From: Oligoflexia bacterium
GTDB taxonomy: Bacteria; Bdellovibrionota; UBA1018
NCBI GenBank assembly: GCA_903881565.1
Contig: CAIRTR010000126.1
Location: 15,385-79,384 of the forward strand
Direction: 5' to 3'
DNA: 64,000 nucleotides
Made by a program: the position numbers and the translations under genes. Positions within the stretch are counted from its first letter, which is position 1, and the number at the start of each line of letters is the position of its first letter. The notes under the pieces were generated by a model. The model was not told the origin of the DNA. It saw only the letters and a list, made by a program, of their open reading frames with translations, and made no database searches. This document shows positions 57,279 to 64,000 of this stretch, one piece after another.

Positions 57279-57847
57279 TACCGAAAACAGCCCACCCAAT
57301 GATCATTCACCATCCCCACGGCTTGCATGTGAGCATAGATGATCGTGGACCCCACGAACTTAAACCCACGCTTCTTCAAATCCTTGCTGAAAGCGTCTGA
57401 CTCAGGAGTGGTTGCCGGTATATCTCCCAGGCCGCGACGTCGATTAACAATCGGCGCGCCCTTCACAAAACTCCAACCATAAGCATCAAATGAGCCAAAT
57501 TCTTTTTGGACTTTTATGAACGCCTGGGCGTTTGTGATCGCGGATCTGATCTTAAGCTGGTTGCGAATAATCCCAGGATCCTTCATGAGTCGCTGCACAT
57601 CGCGCTCCCCAAGGCGCGCGACTTTTTCAACTTTAAAATCACAGAAGGCCTTGCGATACCCCTGCCGCCTTTTCAAAATCGTAAACCAACTCAAGCCCGC
57701 TTGCGCCCCTTCTAAGATAAGAAACTCAAAGAGTTTACGATCGTCATGAACAGGAACGCCCCATTCTTCATCATGATACTTGATGTAAAGAGGATCTGAG
57801 AGGCACCAGCGGCAGCGTTTAAGATCAATTCGTTTTTTTGTGGCCAT
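57275..57847 (-). CDS. tag: DNA-3-methyladenine glycosylase I
   Basis: The ORF-track ORF extends to 58030. The family N-terminus MATKKRIDLKRCRWCLSDPLYIKYHDEEWGVP (Zn-binding CxxC) starts at the ATG at 57847. The downstream motif is LILEGAQAGLSW. Confidence 0.8.
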   Translation of the reverse strand: MATKKRIDLKRCRWCLSDPLYIKYHDEEWGVPVHDDRKLFEFLILEGAQAGLSWFTILKRRQGYRKAFCDFKVEKVARLGERDVQRLMKDPGIIRNQLKIRSAITNAQAFIKVQKEFGSFDAYGWSFVKGAPIVNRRRGLGDIPATTPESDAFSKDLKKRGFKFVGSTIIYAHMQAVGMVNDHWVGCFRY

Positions 57848-58114
57848 GCGTCTCTTAACCTTTCCGATTGCCTTGATAGATTGGGTCCAAATTACAAAAG
57901 CGTCAACCTTTTCAACGCCAGTGCAGAAACTCTCGGTGAGAGCTGTCGGGGACACCCTCTCTGGGGCCCGTTCAATCGGTGTCGGCAAATATTTTCTGAA
58001 AAACGAATACGACGCTCTACATATTCTCACCCTAACAGCTGGGCAGACGGAACTTTGAACGACACCCGAGCCTCCCCGGGCTAAATCGCGCCACAGGCAG
58101 ACAGTTAAACGATA

Positions 58115-58143
58115 TTGACATCGATAACGATCTCGTTTAACAT
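58115..58143 (+). promoter_or_regulatory. sigma70-like promoter TTGACA-17-TAACAT for vapBC, embedded in a 9-bp inverted repeat (GTTAAACGA…TCGTTTAAC). It would give a leaderless or near-leaderless transcript, with the ATG 6 nt after the -10.
   Basis: Read directly from the sequence. The inverted repeat spanning the -35 and spacer is the kind of operator bound by antitoxin-toxin complexes. Confidence 0.45.
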
Positions 58144-58149
58144 GTATCC

Positions 58150-58362
58150 ATGACAGTCAAAGTCTCTCCCAAGTACCAAGTCGTCATCCCCGAAGCAGTC
58201 CGAACTGCCCTGGGCATTCGCGCTGGATCTCAAATCGAAGTGATCGCCAAAGGGAAAGTGGCTTACCTCGTGCCTCTTCAAAGTCTTGAAGACTTGCAGA
58301 CCGAACTTGCAAATAGTTTGAACAATAAAAACCTTCGTGAAAAGAAGGACCGCGCGTTGTGA
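58150..58362 (+). CDS. vapB: AbrB/MazE/SpoVT-family antitoxin (VapB-like)
   Basis: 70 aa. MTVKVSPKYQVVIPEAVRTALGIRAGSQIEV has the swapped-hairpin beta-barrel signature. Overlaps vapC by 4 nt. Confidence 0.7.
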   Translation: MTVKVSPKYQVVIPEAVRTALGIRAGSQIEVIAKGKVAYLVPLQSLEDLQTELANSLNNKNLREKKDRAL

Positions 58363-58739
58363 GCTTGTGCTTCGTCTTGGATTCTTCAGTTTGGATTGAA
58401 CTGCTCAATAAAGGCCCACTCCTCAAGGAATGCACAAAAGTCCTGAAGAATGCTCAGCGAATTATCGTACCTACTCTCGTTCTTTTCGAGGTTTATAAGA
58501 AAATAGCCGCGTGCCACACAGAAGACCAGGCCCTCTCCGCAATCGCACTTTTGAGTCAACACGAGGTGATGGACATGACTCGTGAAATCGCATTAGCCGC
58601 AGCTGACCTCTCGCTCCAAAAGCGATTAGCGATGGCCGATAGCATTGTCCTTGCACATGCGCAACAGAGCGGAGCCGTACTTGTTACCCTGGACAATGAT
58701 TTTGTGGGCATTTCAGATACCCAGGTTATTCGAGGCTAA
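58359..58739 (+). CDS. vapC: PIN-domain ribonuclease toxin VapC
   Basis: 126 aa. Acidic PIN residues are present (LDSSVWIE…, …LAMADSIVLAHA…, TLDNDF). Confidence 0.75.
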   Translation: MSLCFVLDSSVWIELLNKGPLLKECTKVLKNAQRIIVPTLVLFEVYKKIAACHTEDQALSAIALLSQHEVMDMTREIALAAADLSLQKRLAMADSIVLAHAQQSGAVLVTLDNDFVGISDTQVIRG

Positions 58740-58745
58740 TAAAAG

Positions 58746-59921
58746 CTAGACGTAATCCCCGCGCTTGATCTTCTCCAAGATAATCTTCTCAGGCATGATC
58801 GGATCCCTGGGATCAACAGTAAAATAAGCCTGCTGCTCACAACGACGTTTATGCGTCAGCAACCATTTTAAGATCGCGGCCAATCCTTTGTTACGCTTAT
58901 CTTTGAAGAACGGATCGTTCGCGAGCGCATCCGAGGCCTTTTTCAGAGCGCGCACTTCTTGAGCGTCGTTTTCTTTTACCGGATAATCGGCCAGATCGTA
59001 CTTCTTAATATCTTCGGGCAACACGCCCAGGAACTTCACATCGGGCGCGCTAAAATCCGAGTTTCGAATCAAGCTTGAGGCCGAACCGGCCTTCAGGGTT
59101 CTGAAAATGTTCTGCATGGTGTACGCGTCGAGATCCCCCCAGAAAAAGAGCGGGATTTTGAGCTGATCTTGAATCGTCTTACTCCAGGCGCGCACGGCGT
59201 TTGAAGGAACCCCCCCCGAACCAATGAGAATACAATTGTTGCGCTTCGTAAACCCGTTGACGACCAACGTATTGGCCGTACCTTCGGATTCAATAATGAT
59301 GGCGAAATCAATTTTCTTTTTAGCCGTGAGCTTCAACTTCTGCGGCCTATTTTTGGGCTGAAAGGGTGAAGTCCCCATCTTGGACAAATCAATCACAGCC
59401 TTCTCACCATCGGACATCGTCTCGGTGACGATCAAATGCTGAGAATAGGTCTGCCCGCCACGATCGTTGGCGTAGCAATTAAACTCTTCGCGATAACACT
59501 CCAGCATCTCACAGATGAAGTCGATGATCTCATCGGACTCATCTTGCGAACCAAAGTCCAAAGGCCTAAGGCTCGGATTATGCTTAATTTCCCCTTTGGA
59601 CATGTAGTACAATTCGCGTTTCGTATTAACGGCGCCGGTTTCAATGTTTCGCAGCAGAATCTCAAGGAGGAAAATTGCTCGCGACATCTTCTTCACCGAA
59701 CTCACATTGAGCTCGGTCGCCACTTTTTTAGGACCTGGCGTGAGATAACCCACCTTAAAATCATAGCGTGAGTTATCCAGCGAACACTTGGTCGCCCTCA
59801 GCACCGGGCGCTTTGCTTTTTCGAGATCCGCTAAAAGCAGGCTGCACATCTCACGGCTTAAATTTGGAATACTATCTTCGGATTTATGCGACTTATTGGA
59901 TCGCGATGATTCAAGAGCCAT
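58746..59921 (-). CDS. type IIB DNA topoisomerase subunit A (Top6A/Spo11 homologue) with a winged-helix and a Toprim domain
   Basis: 391 aa. The catalytic-Tyr motif RELYYMS fits Top6A (R-E-[IL]-Y-Y). The Toprim acidic residues are in IIIESEGT and GDLDAYT (DxD). It lies 5 nt downstream of the Top6B gene. Confidence 0.8.
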   Translation of the reverse strand: MALESSRSNKSHKSEDSIPNLSREMCSLLLADLEKAKRPVLRATKCSLDNSRYDFKVGYLTPGPKKVATELNVSSVKKMSRAIFLLEILLRNIETGAVNTKRELYYMSKGEIKHNPSLRPLDFGSQDESDEIIDFICEMLECYREEFNCYANDRGGQTYSQHLIVTETMSDGEKAVIDLSKMGTSPFQPKNRPQKLKLTAKKKIDFAIIIESEGTANTLVVNGFTKRNNCILIGSGGVPSNAVRAWSKTIQDQLKIPLFFWGDLDAYTMQNIFRTLKAGSASSLIRNSDFSAPDVKFLGVLPEDIKKYDLADYPVKENDAQEVRALKKASDALANDPFFKDKRNKGLAAILKWLLTHKRRCEQQAYFTVDPRDPIMPEKIILEKIKRGDYV

Positions 59922-59926
59922 GAATT

Positions 59927-61714
59927 TTATTTCCCCTTAGCCTTTTTTGAGACTTTTTTCTTGGATTCTTTTGCGGATTCTTTTTTGCCCTTTTTAACAG
60001 GCTTATCTTCAGAACCCTCCAACTCCTCAGCGCCTTCTGAGTCTGGCCCCTCCGATGGCGCCGGCGGCGGCGGAAGTGATGGCGCCTCCGTGACCTTCGC
60101 AGCCTCGAGCAGCGCGTGCGCTTTATCAAGTTCCTGTTGAGTCGCGTGAGCGTCGCGTCCAAGCAACTTCAACAACCCCTCTTCGGCGCGTTTTTTGCGC
60201 GCTTCTGATGCCGAAGTTATCCTGCACAACCCCTCCACCAAAATCGGCCCAAACTGCTCGATGTGGCGAATCTTCTCTTCCAGCTCGTTCGCCTTGACTT
60301 CGCGACGGATATGCTTAGAGAGCCGTTGCCCGGCTTGAATCAAGGCTCGGCGAATCTCTTCAACGAGTTCGTCTGATCCATCAATCGTTTCTTTAGAGGC
60401 ATTCTTAAACTTGATGAACGGCGAGACCACGCTCACCGCCATAATATAGGGACCTAAGGGGAGCCCATCTTTGGGTTGCGCAAGACCATAGGCACGCCAA
60501 TTTACGGACTCAATGGCGTGAACAATGGCGCAAGCGGATTTATCAAACTGCAACGGCACTCGGTTGGCAAAGCGCAAAATCTGCGCGGGCGTTTCATGCT
60601 CCTGCGCTTTTTCTTCAAGCCGAGCCACCGCCACTTCAATCTGCACGGGTTTGAAATCACAAATCGTAGGTTTACGAGAAACCACCGCGAAAAAATCCAC
60701 GGCGCCCAATCGCTTGATACTCTTAGCCAGCGTTTCTTCGCCAACCGAAAGCACCGACTTCGTCGAAGGCGCCATGAGCTTCAGATTTTGGAGGGCAATA
60801 AAAAGTTCCTTAAAATCCGCGTCGCCGATCGCGTCCACCGATTTATCCAGCACGCCTCTCTTGATCCCGGCCTTCACCAGGTCATTCAAAACACCTTCAT
60901 GAATCCGGGAAAATCCCTTCTTGAGCCAGGCTTCGATTTTGACTCGCCCAAATAAATGGGAGTGGGACATGAACTCTCCCAGCTTCATCGTATGCGGGTG
61001 CGGCGCCGTGGCTTCAGGGAGTTCCGGGATCGCATCACTCACTCGCGTAACGGTATGGGGCTCAAGCTCGGGCAACTTATAATGCAAGGTCAGATGAGGA
61101 TTCACGAGCGCGGTGCCATTCAAATAATTAAGCAAACCCGCATCGCCATTAAGCTGAACGCGACCATCCACCAAGAACTCAACGGATGTGCCATGAGGCC
61201 TGTCCCAATCAATGGTTTCTTTTTCTTTAAGGTGTCCCCGATTATTTTTGATATCGACTTCAACCAGACAGGACATCGCTTTGCGCATCGACTCAGTTTT
61301 CGTAATCACTCTTGCGCCCACGGCACTGGTCAATTGCGCCCAAGTCGTCGCCGCTGAAATCCCGATCCCTTGCTGTCCACGGGAGCAGCGACCCTTGCCA
61401 AATTTTGAGGAGGCCAAATACTCGCCAAACACTTTGGGGACGTCATCCACGTCGATCCCAGGCCCGTTGTCTACGACGCGAATTCGAATCTGATCCGCAT
61501 TCTTAAGAGATCCCTGCCCCACTTTTTCAACGAGAACAGAAACCTCAGGGAGAATTCCCGACTCTTCGCAGGCATCAAGCGCGTTATCGACCGATTCTTT
61601 TAAGGTCGTCAACACCGCTTTCGTTTGTGAAGAGAAGCCGACTTGTTGTAAGTTTTTTGAGAAATATTCCGCCGTACTACTCGAGGTAATTTTTGCATTT
61701 GCCTTGCTTGCCAT
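59927..61714 (-). CDS. type IIB DNA topoisomerase subunit B (Top6B homologue), a GHKL/Bergerat-fold ATPase with a transducer domain and a K-rich C-terminal tail
   Basis: 595 aa. N-box ESVDNALDACEE, G1 box VVDNGPGI, G2 box SRGQQGIGIS. Overall length and order match Top6B. The last 50 aa or so are P-, E- and K-rich (KKGKKESAKESKKKVSKKAKGK). Confidence 0.8.
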   Translation of the reverse strand: MASKANAKITSSSTAEYFSKNLQQVGFSSQTKAVLTTLKESVDNALDACEESGILPEVSVLVEKVGQGSLKNADQIRIRVVDNGPGIDVDDVPKVFGEYLASSKFGKGRCSRGQQGIGISAATTWAQLTSAVGARVITKTESMRKAMSCLVEVDIKNNRGHLKEKETIDWDRPHGTSVEFLVDGRVQLNGDAGLLNYLNGTALVNPHLTLHYKLPELEPHTVTRVSDAIPELPEATAPHPHTMKLGEFMSHSHLFGRVKIEAWLKKGFSRIHEGVLNDLVKAGIKRGVLDKSVDAIGDADFKELFIALQNLKLMAPSTKSVLSVGEETLAKSIKRLGAVDFFAVVSRKPTICDFKPVQIEVAVARLEEKAQEHETPAQILRFANRVPLQFDKSACAIVHAIESVNWRAYGLAQPKDGLPLGPYIMAVSVVSPFIKFKNASKETIDGSDELVEEIRRALIQAGQRLSKHIRREVKANELEEKIRHIEQFGPILVEGLCRITSASEARKKRAEEGLLKLLGRDAHATQQELDKAHALLEAAKVTEAPSLPPPPAPSEGPDSEGAEELEGSEDKPVKKGKKESAKESKKKVSKKAKGK

Positions 61715-61747
61715 GGGGCTGATTCAAACAGACAAAGGGGTGGTATG

Positions 61748-62785
61748 TCAATGAACGTCAGAGGGAGATTGGTCAGGACCCAAAAGAATTTCGAGCGTCA
61801 CGACAAAAAGCGCCGCGACAATAGGGCCCAAAAAAATCCCCATGAAACCCAGAGTCTGTATGCCCCCTAATGCGGCAATAAAAGCGAGCATCGGGTGAAG
61901 GTTGGCCGAGCCTCGCAAGAACATCGGACGAATCAAATTATCAATCGCGGTAATGAAAAAAGAAGCAATCAGAAGTGCCACTGCAGCCCCTGTCCGACCC
62001 TCAATAAATTGTTGAGCCGCCACCCCCAAGGTTACCGGCGCGCTCCCCACCACAGGGATAAACGAGGAAACAAAAACCAACAGGGCAATCAAAAACACAT
62101 TGGGAGTCCCCGTCGAAACACAAACAATCGATTCAAGAACAGCTTGAATGCCCCCTGATACGATGGAGGCCAAAATCACGGATCGGCAAGTTCCCGCCAA
62201 AACATCCAGCAGTCGCTCGGTTTCACGCGCACTGAAAACCGAATTGCTGCGAAAAAAACTCACCAGCCGCGGACCATCTGCCAGGAAAAAATAGAGACTC
62301 ACTACCGTCACCGCAAACCCCATGGCCATCCCGGGAAGCTGTGTCACCAGCGCGCCCAACATATCGGCAAGTTTAACGCCAACACTTCGAGTCAGTTCCT
62401 GCGCGGTTTCGATGAAACTTTCTTTATCTACCGGGAGCCAGGAGCTCGAAATATCAATCATCTGCTGAATTCGGGGCGTATTCATCAATGCTTCAACCCA
62501 GCTTCCACCTGACCTTGGGGTATCTTTCCAGGCTTGCAATTCATGCACGCCCGATTTAGCGCCAAAAAAGAGAAGCGACGCACTTGGAAAAAGAATCAGG
62601 AGTGTAATACTGGACGTCAAAAGTGCGGAACCGGTGGCGCGGGAAATTTTGAAGCGAGACATCCAATCCAAAGTGGAAAGAAACAAGACTGCAAGAACAG
62701 CTCCCATAATAACGGGAATAATGAGCGGTGATCCTACATAGAGGAAAAGACAAAGCACGACTACGGCGAAAAGCTTGCGTTGCAT
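61748..62785 (-). CDS. AI-2E family transporter (PerM/YhhT/UPF0118)
   Basis: 345 aa with about eight TM helices. Typical AI-2E topology and a Gly-rich C-terminal helix. Confidence 0.65.
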   Translation of the reverse strand: MQRKLFAVVVLCLFLYVGSPLIIPVIMGAVLAVLFLSTLDWMSRFKISRATGSALLTSSITLLILFPSASLLFFGAKSGVHELQAWKDTPRSGGSWVEALMNTPRIQQMIDISSSWLPVDKESFIETAQELTRSVGVKLADMLGALVTQLPGMAMGFAVTVVSLYFFLADGPRLVSFFRSNSVFSARETERLLDVLAGTCRSVILASIVSGGIQAVLESIVCVSTGTPNVFLIALLVFVSSFIPVVGSAPVTLGVAAQQFIEGRTGAAVALLIASFFITAIDNLIRPMFLRGSANLHPMLAFIAALGGIQTLGFMGIFLGPIVAALFVVTLEILLGPDQSPSDVH

Positions 62786-62840
62786 CGAAGACCTATCCTA
62801 GCTTAGGGATTGCCAGGGAACAAGATCGGAGTTAGTCTTT

Positions 62841-62866
62841 GTTTACTTGGGTTTACTTGGGTTTGC
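62841..62866. repeat. Tandem 10-bp direct repeat (GTTTACTTGG, two full copies plus a partial one) in a divergent promoter region
   Basis: gtttacttgg gtttacttgg gtttgc, seen directly. About 27 nt upstream of the 62893 gene start. Confidence 0.8.
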
Positions 62867-62892
62867 AGTTAGACGATAACAGGAGGGTCATC

Positions 62893-63540
62893 ATGTTCTC
62901 AAAATATAGCCACTTAGGTTTCGTTTTTCTTTTTGCTCTTTGCATTAATTCCACTCAGGTAAAAGCGGCTGCAGGTACAGACGACACGCCCCCTGAAGAA
63001 ACAGTCATGGCGCACGTTGCCACGTCTTATCCTGAAAACTACACCGGTCTCATCACGGTTCAATGGGAAGGCGAAGCTCTCAGGAGCAAAATTGCCCGCT
63101 TTGTTTTTTCAGATAGTCGAAATACCCACATCGTTTACACCCCTGAAGATCTTAACAAAGGTGTCATTCTGGTACATACCCTTGGAAAAGACATCCTCTT
63201 CATCAAAGGGACAACCTTTTCGGCCGAGGTGGGCGGGCCCATGGTCCTTACGTTCTCCAAAACTTTTTTTGCCAACGACCAGAGAACGGTGACCTTCGAC
63301 TTCGTTCGCACGAATCGGCAGCCTCCTGAAGAGGGCCGCGAAGAGTCTCCGACTTGGGTTCTCCAAACGGATGACCGCGAGGGTCATGACCCCTTTGACT
63401 CACTTTTCATCGAAGTCTACAAGAAGCTCGGGATCCCAAGCGGGGTTTCGAAAATACAACTTATTGATCGAGGGAGCCTGATCCGAAATTATGATCCCCA
63501 AAATCTTCCCAGAGTGGGACGCCTCCGCCGCCGCCGATAA
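62893..63540 (+). CDS. hypothetical secreted protein
   Basis: AGGAGGG lies 6 nt upstream of the ATG at 62893. The ORF-track start at 62839 is probably too early. Signal peptide MFSKYSHLGFVFLFALCINSTQVKA. The C-terminus is Arg-rich (RLRRRR). Confidence 0.45.
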   Translation: MFSKYSHLGFVFLFALCINSTQVKAAAGTDDTPPEETVMAHVATSYPENYTGLITVQWEGEALRSKIARFVFSDSRNTHIVYTPEDLNKGVILVHTLGKDILFIKGTTFSAEVGGPMVLTFSKTFFANDQRTVTFDFVRTNRQPPEEGREESPTWVLQTDDREGHDPFDSLFIEVYKKLGIPSGVSKIQLIDRGSLIRNYDPQNLPRVGRLRRRR

Positions 63541-63665
63541 TCAGTCACAAGTGCCGGCCGTCAATTTTTTGACCCCCAACGGCCCCAACCTTCTTCACTC
63601 GAGCAAGCTTCGGGATTGTGCCCGAAAACGGCTATGCTACACTTCAAAAAAGGATAACGAACCCT

Positions 63666-64000
63666 ATGGCACGCGCTACCCCAATTGATCAAGAAAGCCC
63701 TTTTTCGCTCGATGAACTTTTCTTTTCCCGAACGGATACCCGAGGCATCATCATCTCGGGAAACGAAGTTTTTGTCCGTGTCAGCAAACACCCAAGAACA
63801 ACGCTTATTGGGAGTCCCCACAATATCATCCGCCACCCGGACATGCCCAAGGCCGTGTTTTTCCTTCTCTGGAAAACCATTCAGGCCGGACGCCCCCTTT
63901 GCGCTTATGTAAAGAATATGGCCGCTGATGGCTCCTTCTACTGGGTTTTTGCTTCCATATTTCCGATTGAAGAGGGTTATCTTTCGATACGAATCAAACA
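63666..64000 (+). CDS. PAS-domain sensor, N-terminal part, like the Aer/aerotaxis-receptor PAS. It is truncated by the window end and absent from the ORF track.
   Basis: Translation from the ATG at 63666: MARATPIDQESPFSLDELFFSRTDTRGIIISGNEVFVRVSKHPRTTLIGSPHNIIRHPDMPKAVFFLLWKTIQAGRPLCAYVKNMAADGSFYWVFASIFP… It matches the Aer-type PAS signature (RHPDMP…LW…G.P…VKN…G..YWV). Confidence 0.55.
   Translation, partial: MARATPIDQESPFSLDELFFSRTDTRGIIISGNEVFVRVSKHPRTTLIGSPHNIIRHPDMPKAVFFLLWKTIQAGRPLCAYVKNMAADGSFYWVFASIFPIEEGYLSIRIK

Noticed and set aside
60476-61506. Plus-strand ORFs of 93-159 aa opposite the Top6B gene
   Set aside because: Antisense to a 595-aa ORF with unambiguous GHKL motifs.
1-64000. 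CRISPR arrays, IS elements, integrases, phage genes
   Set aside because: Scanned for short regularly spaced repeats and for transposase/integrase-like ORFs. None seen. The TA-flanked Topo VI region is the only island-like segment.

Overview
This 64 kb window looks like chromosomal DNA from a Gram-negative bacterium, possibly a Bdellovibrio-like lineage (the lineage call is speculative). GC content is roughly 50-55%, coding density is high, and there are about 70 protein-coding genes. No rRNA gene, tRNA gene, CRISPR array, transposase or integrase was recognised.

Main blocks, in order along the window:
- 1-6.5 kb: partial pyrE, an alpha/beta hydrolase, a GYF-like x2 + PilZ protein, and scoA/scoB plus a thiolase.
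- 6.5-16.6 kb: a DegP-like protease; a PHP phosphoesterase, GT2 glycosyltransferase and GH1 beta-glucosidase in one operon; ppx, a SixA-like histidine phosphatase, ppk1 and a PAP2 phosphatase.
- 16.8-25.6 kb: a Cys-rich secreted protein, an MCP, then phoR-phoB-phoU-pstBACS. Together with the previous block this makes a phosphate supercluster.
- 26.2-31 kb: a putative B12/light-responsive module. A CarH/LitR-like MerR + B12-binding regulator sits divergent to an epimerase-ybgA-photolyase operon, with 11-bp direct-repeat operators in between.
- 33-42.8 kb: gloA, a histone-H1-like K/A/P-rich protein, nagA-like, then yceD-rpmF-fabH-fabD-fabG-acpP-fabF-rpiB-glyA.
- 42.8-54 kb: an accessory-looking run of secreted and outer-membrane hypotheticals, an M14 carboxypeptidase, exbB/exbD, PilZ, HAD and FKBP genes.
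- 54.4-61.7 kb: a histone-fold (HMf-like) protein, pit plus DUF47, a HEPN/MNT toxin-antitoxin pair, tag, vapBC, then a type IIB topoisomerase VI pair (Top6B/Top6A homologues).
- 61.7-64 kb: an AI-2E transporter and a partial PAS (Aer-like) gene.

Most notable observations:
- Top6A/Top6B in a bacterium, flanked by two TA modules and lying 4 kb from a histone-fold gene.
- A candidate organism-specific Pho box, (CCT[A/G]AC[C/A])-N4-(CCT[A/G]ACA), upstream of pstS, ppk/PAP2 and the PHP-GT2-GH1 operon.
- A CarH-type operator/promoter with 11-bp repeats.
- A perfect 52-bp palindrome at the fabG/acpP junction.
- A C12G4 homopolymer tract in a promoter.
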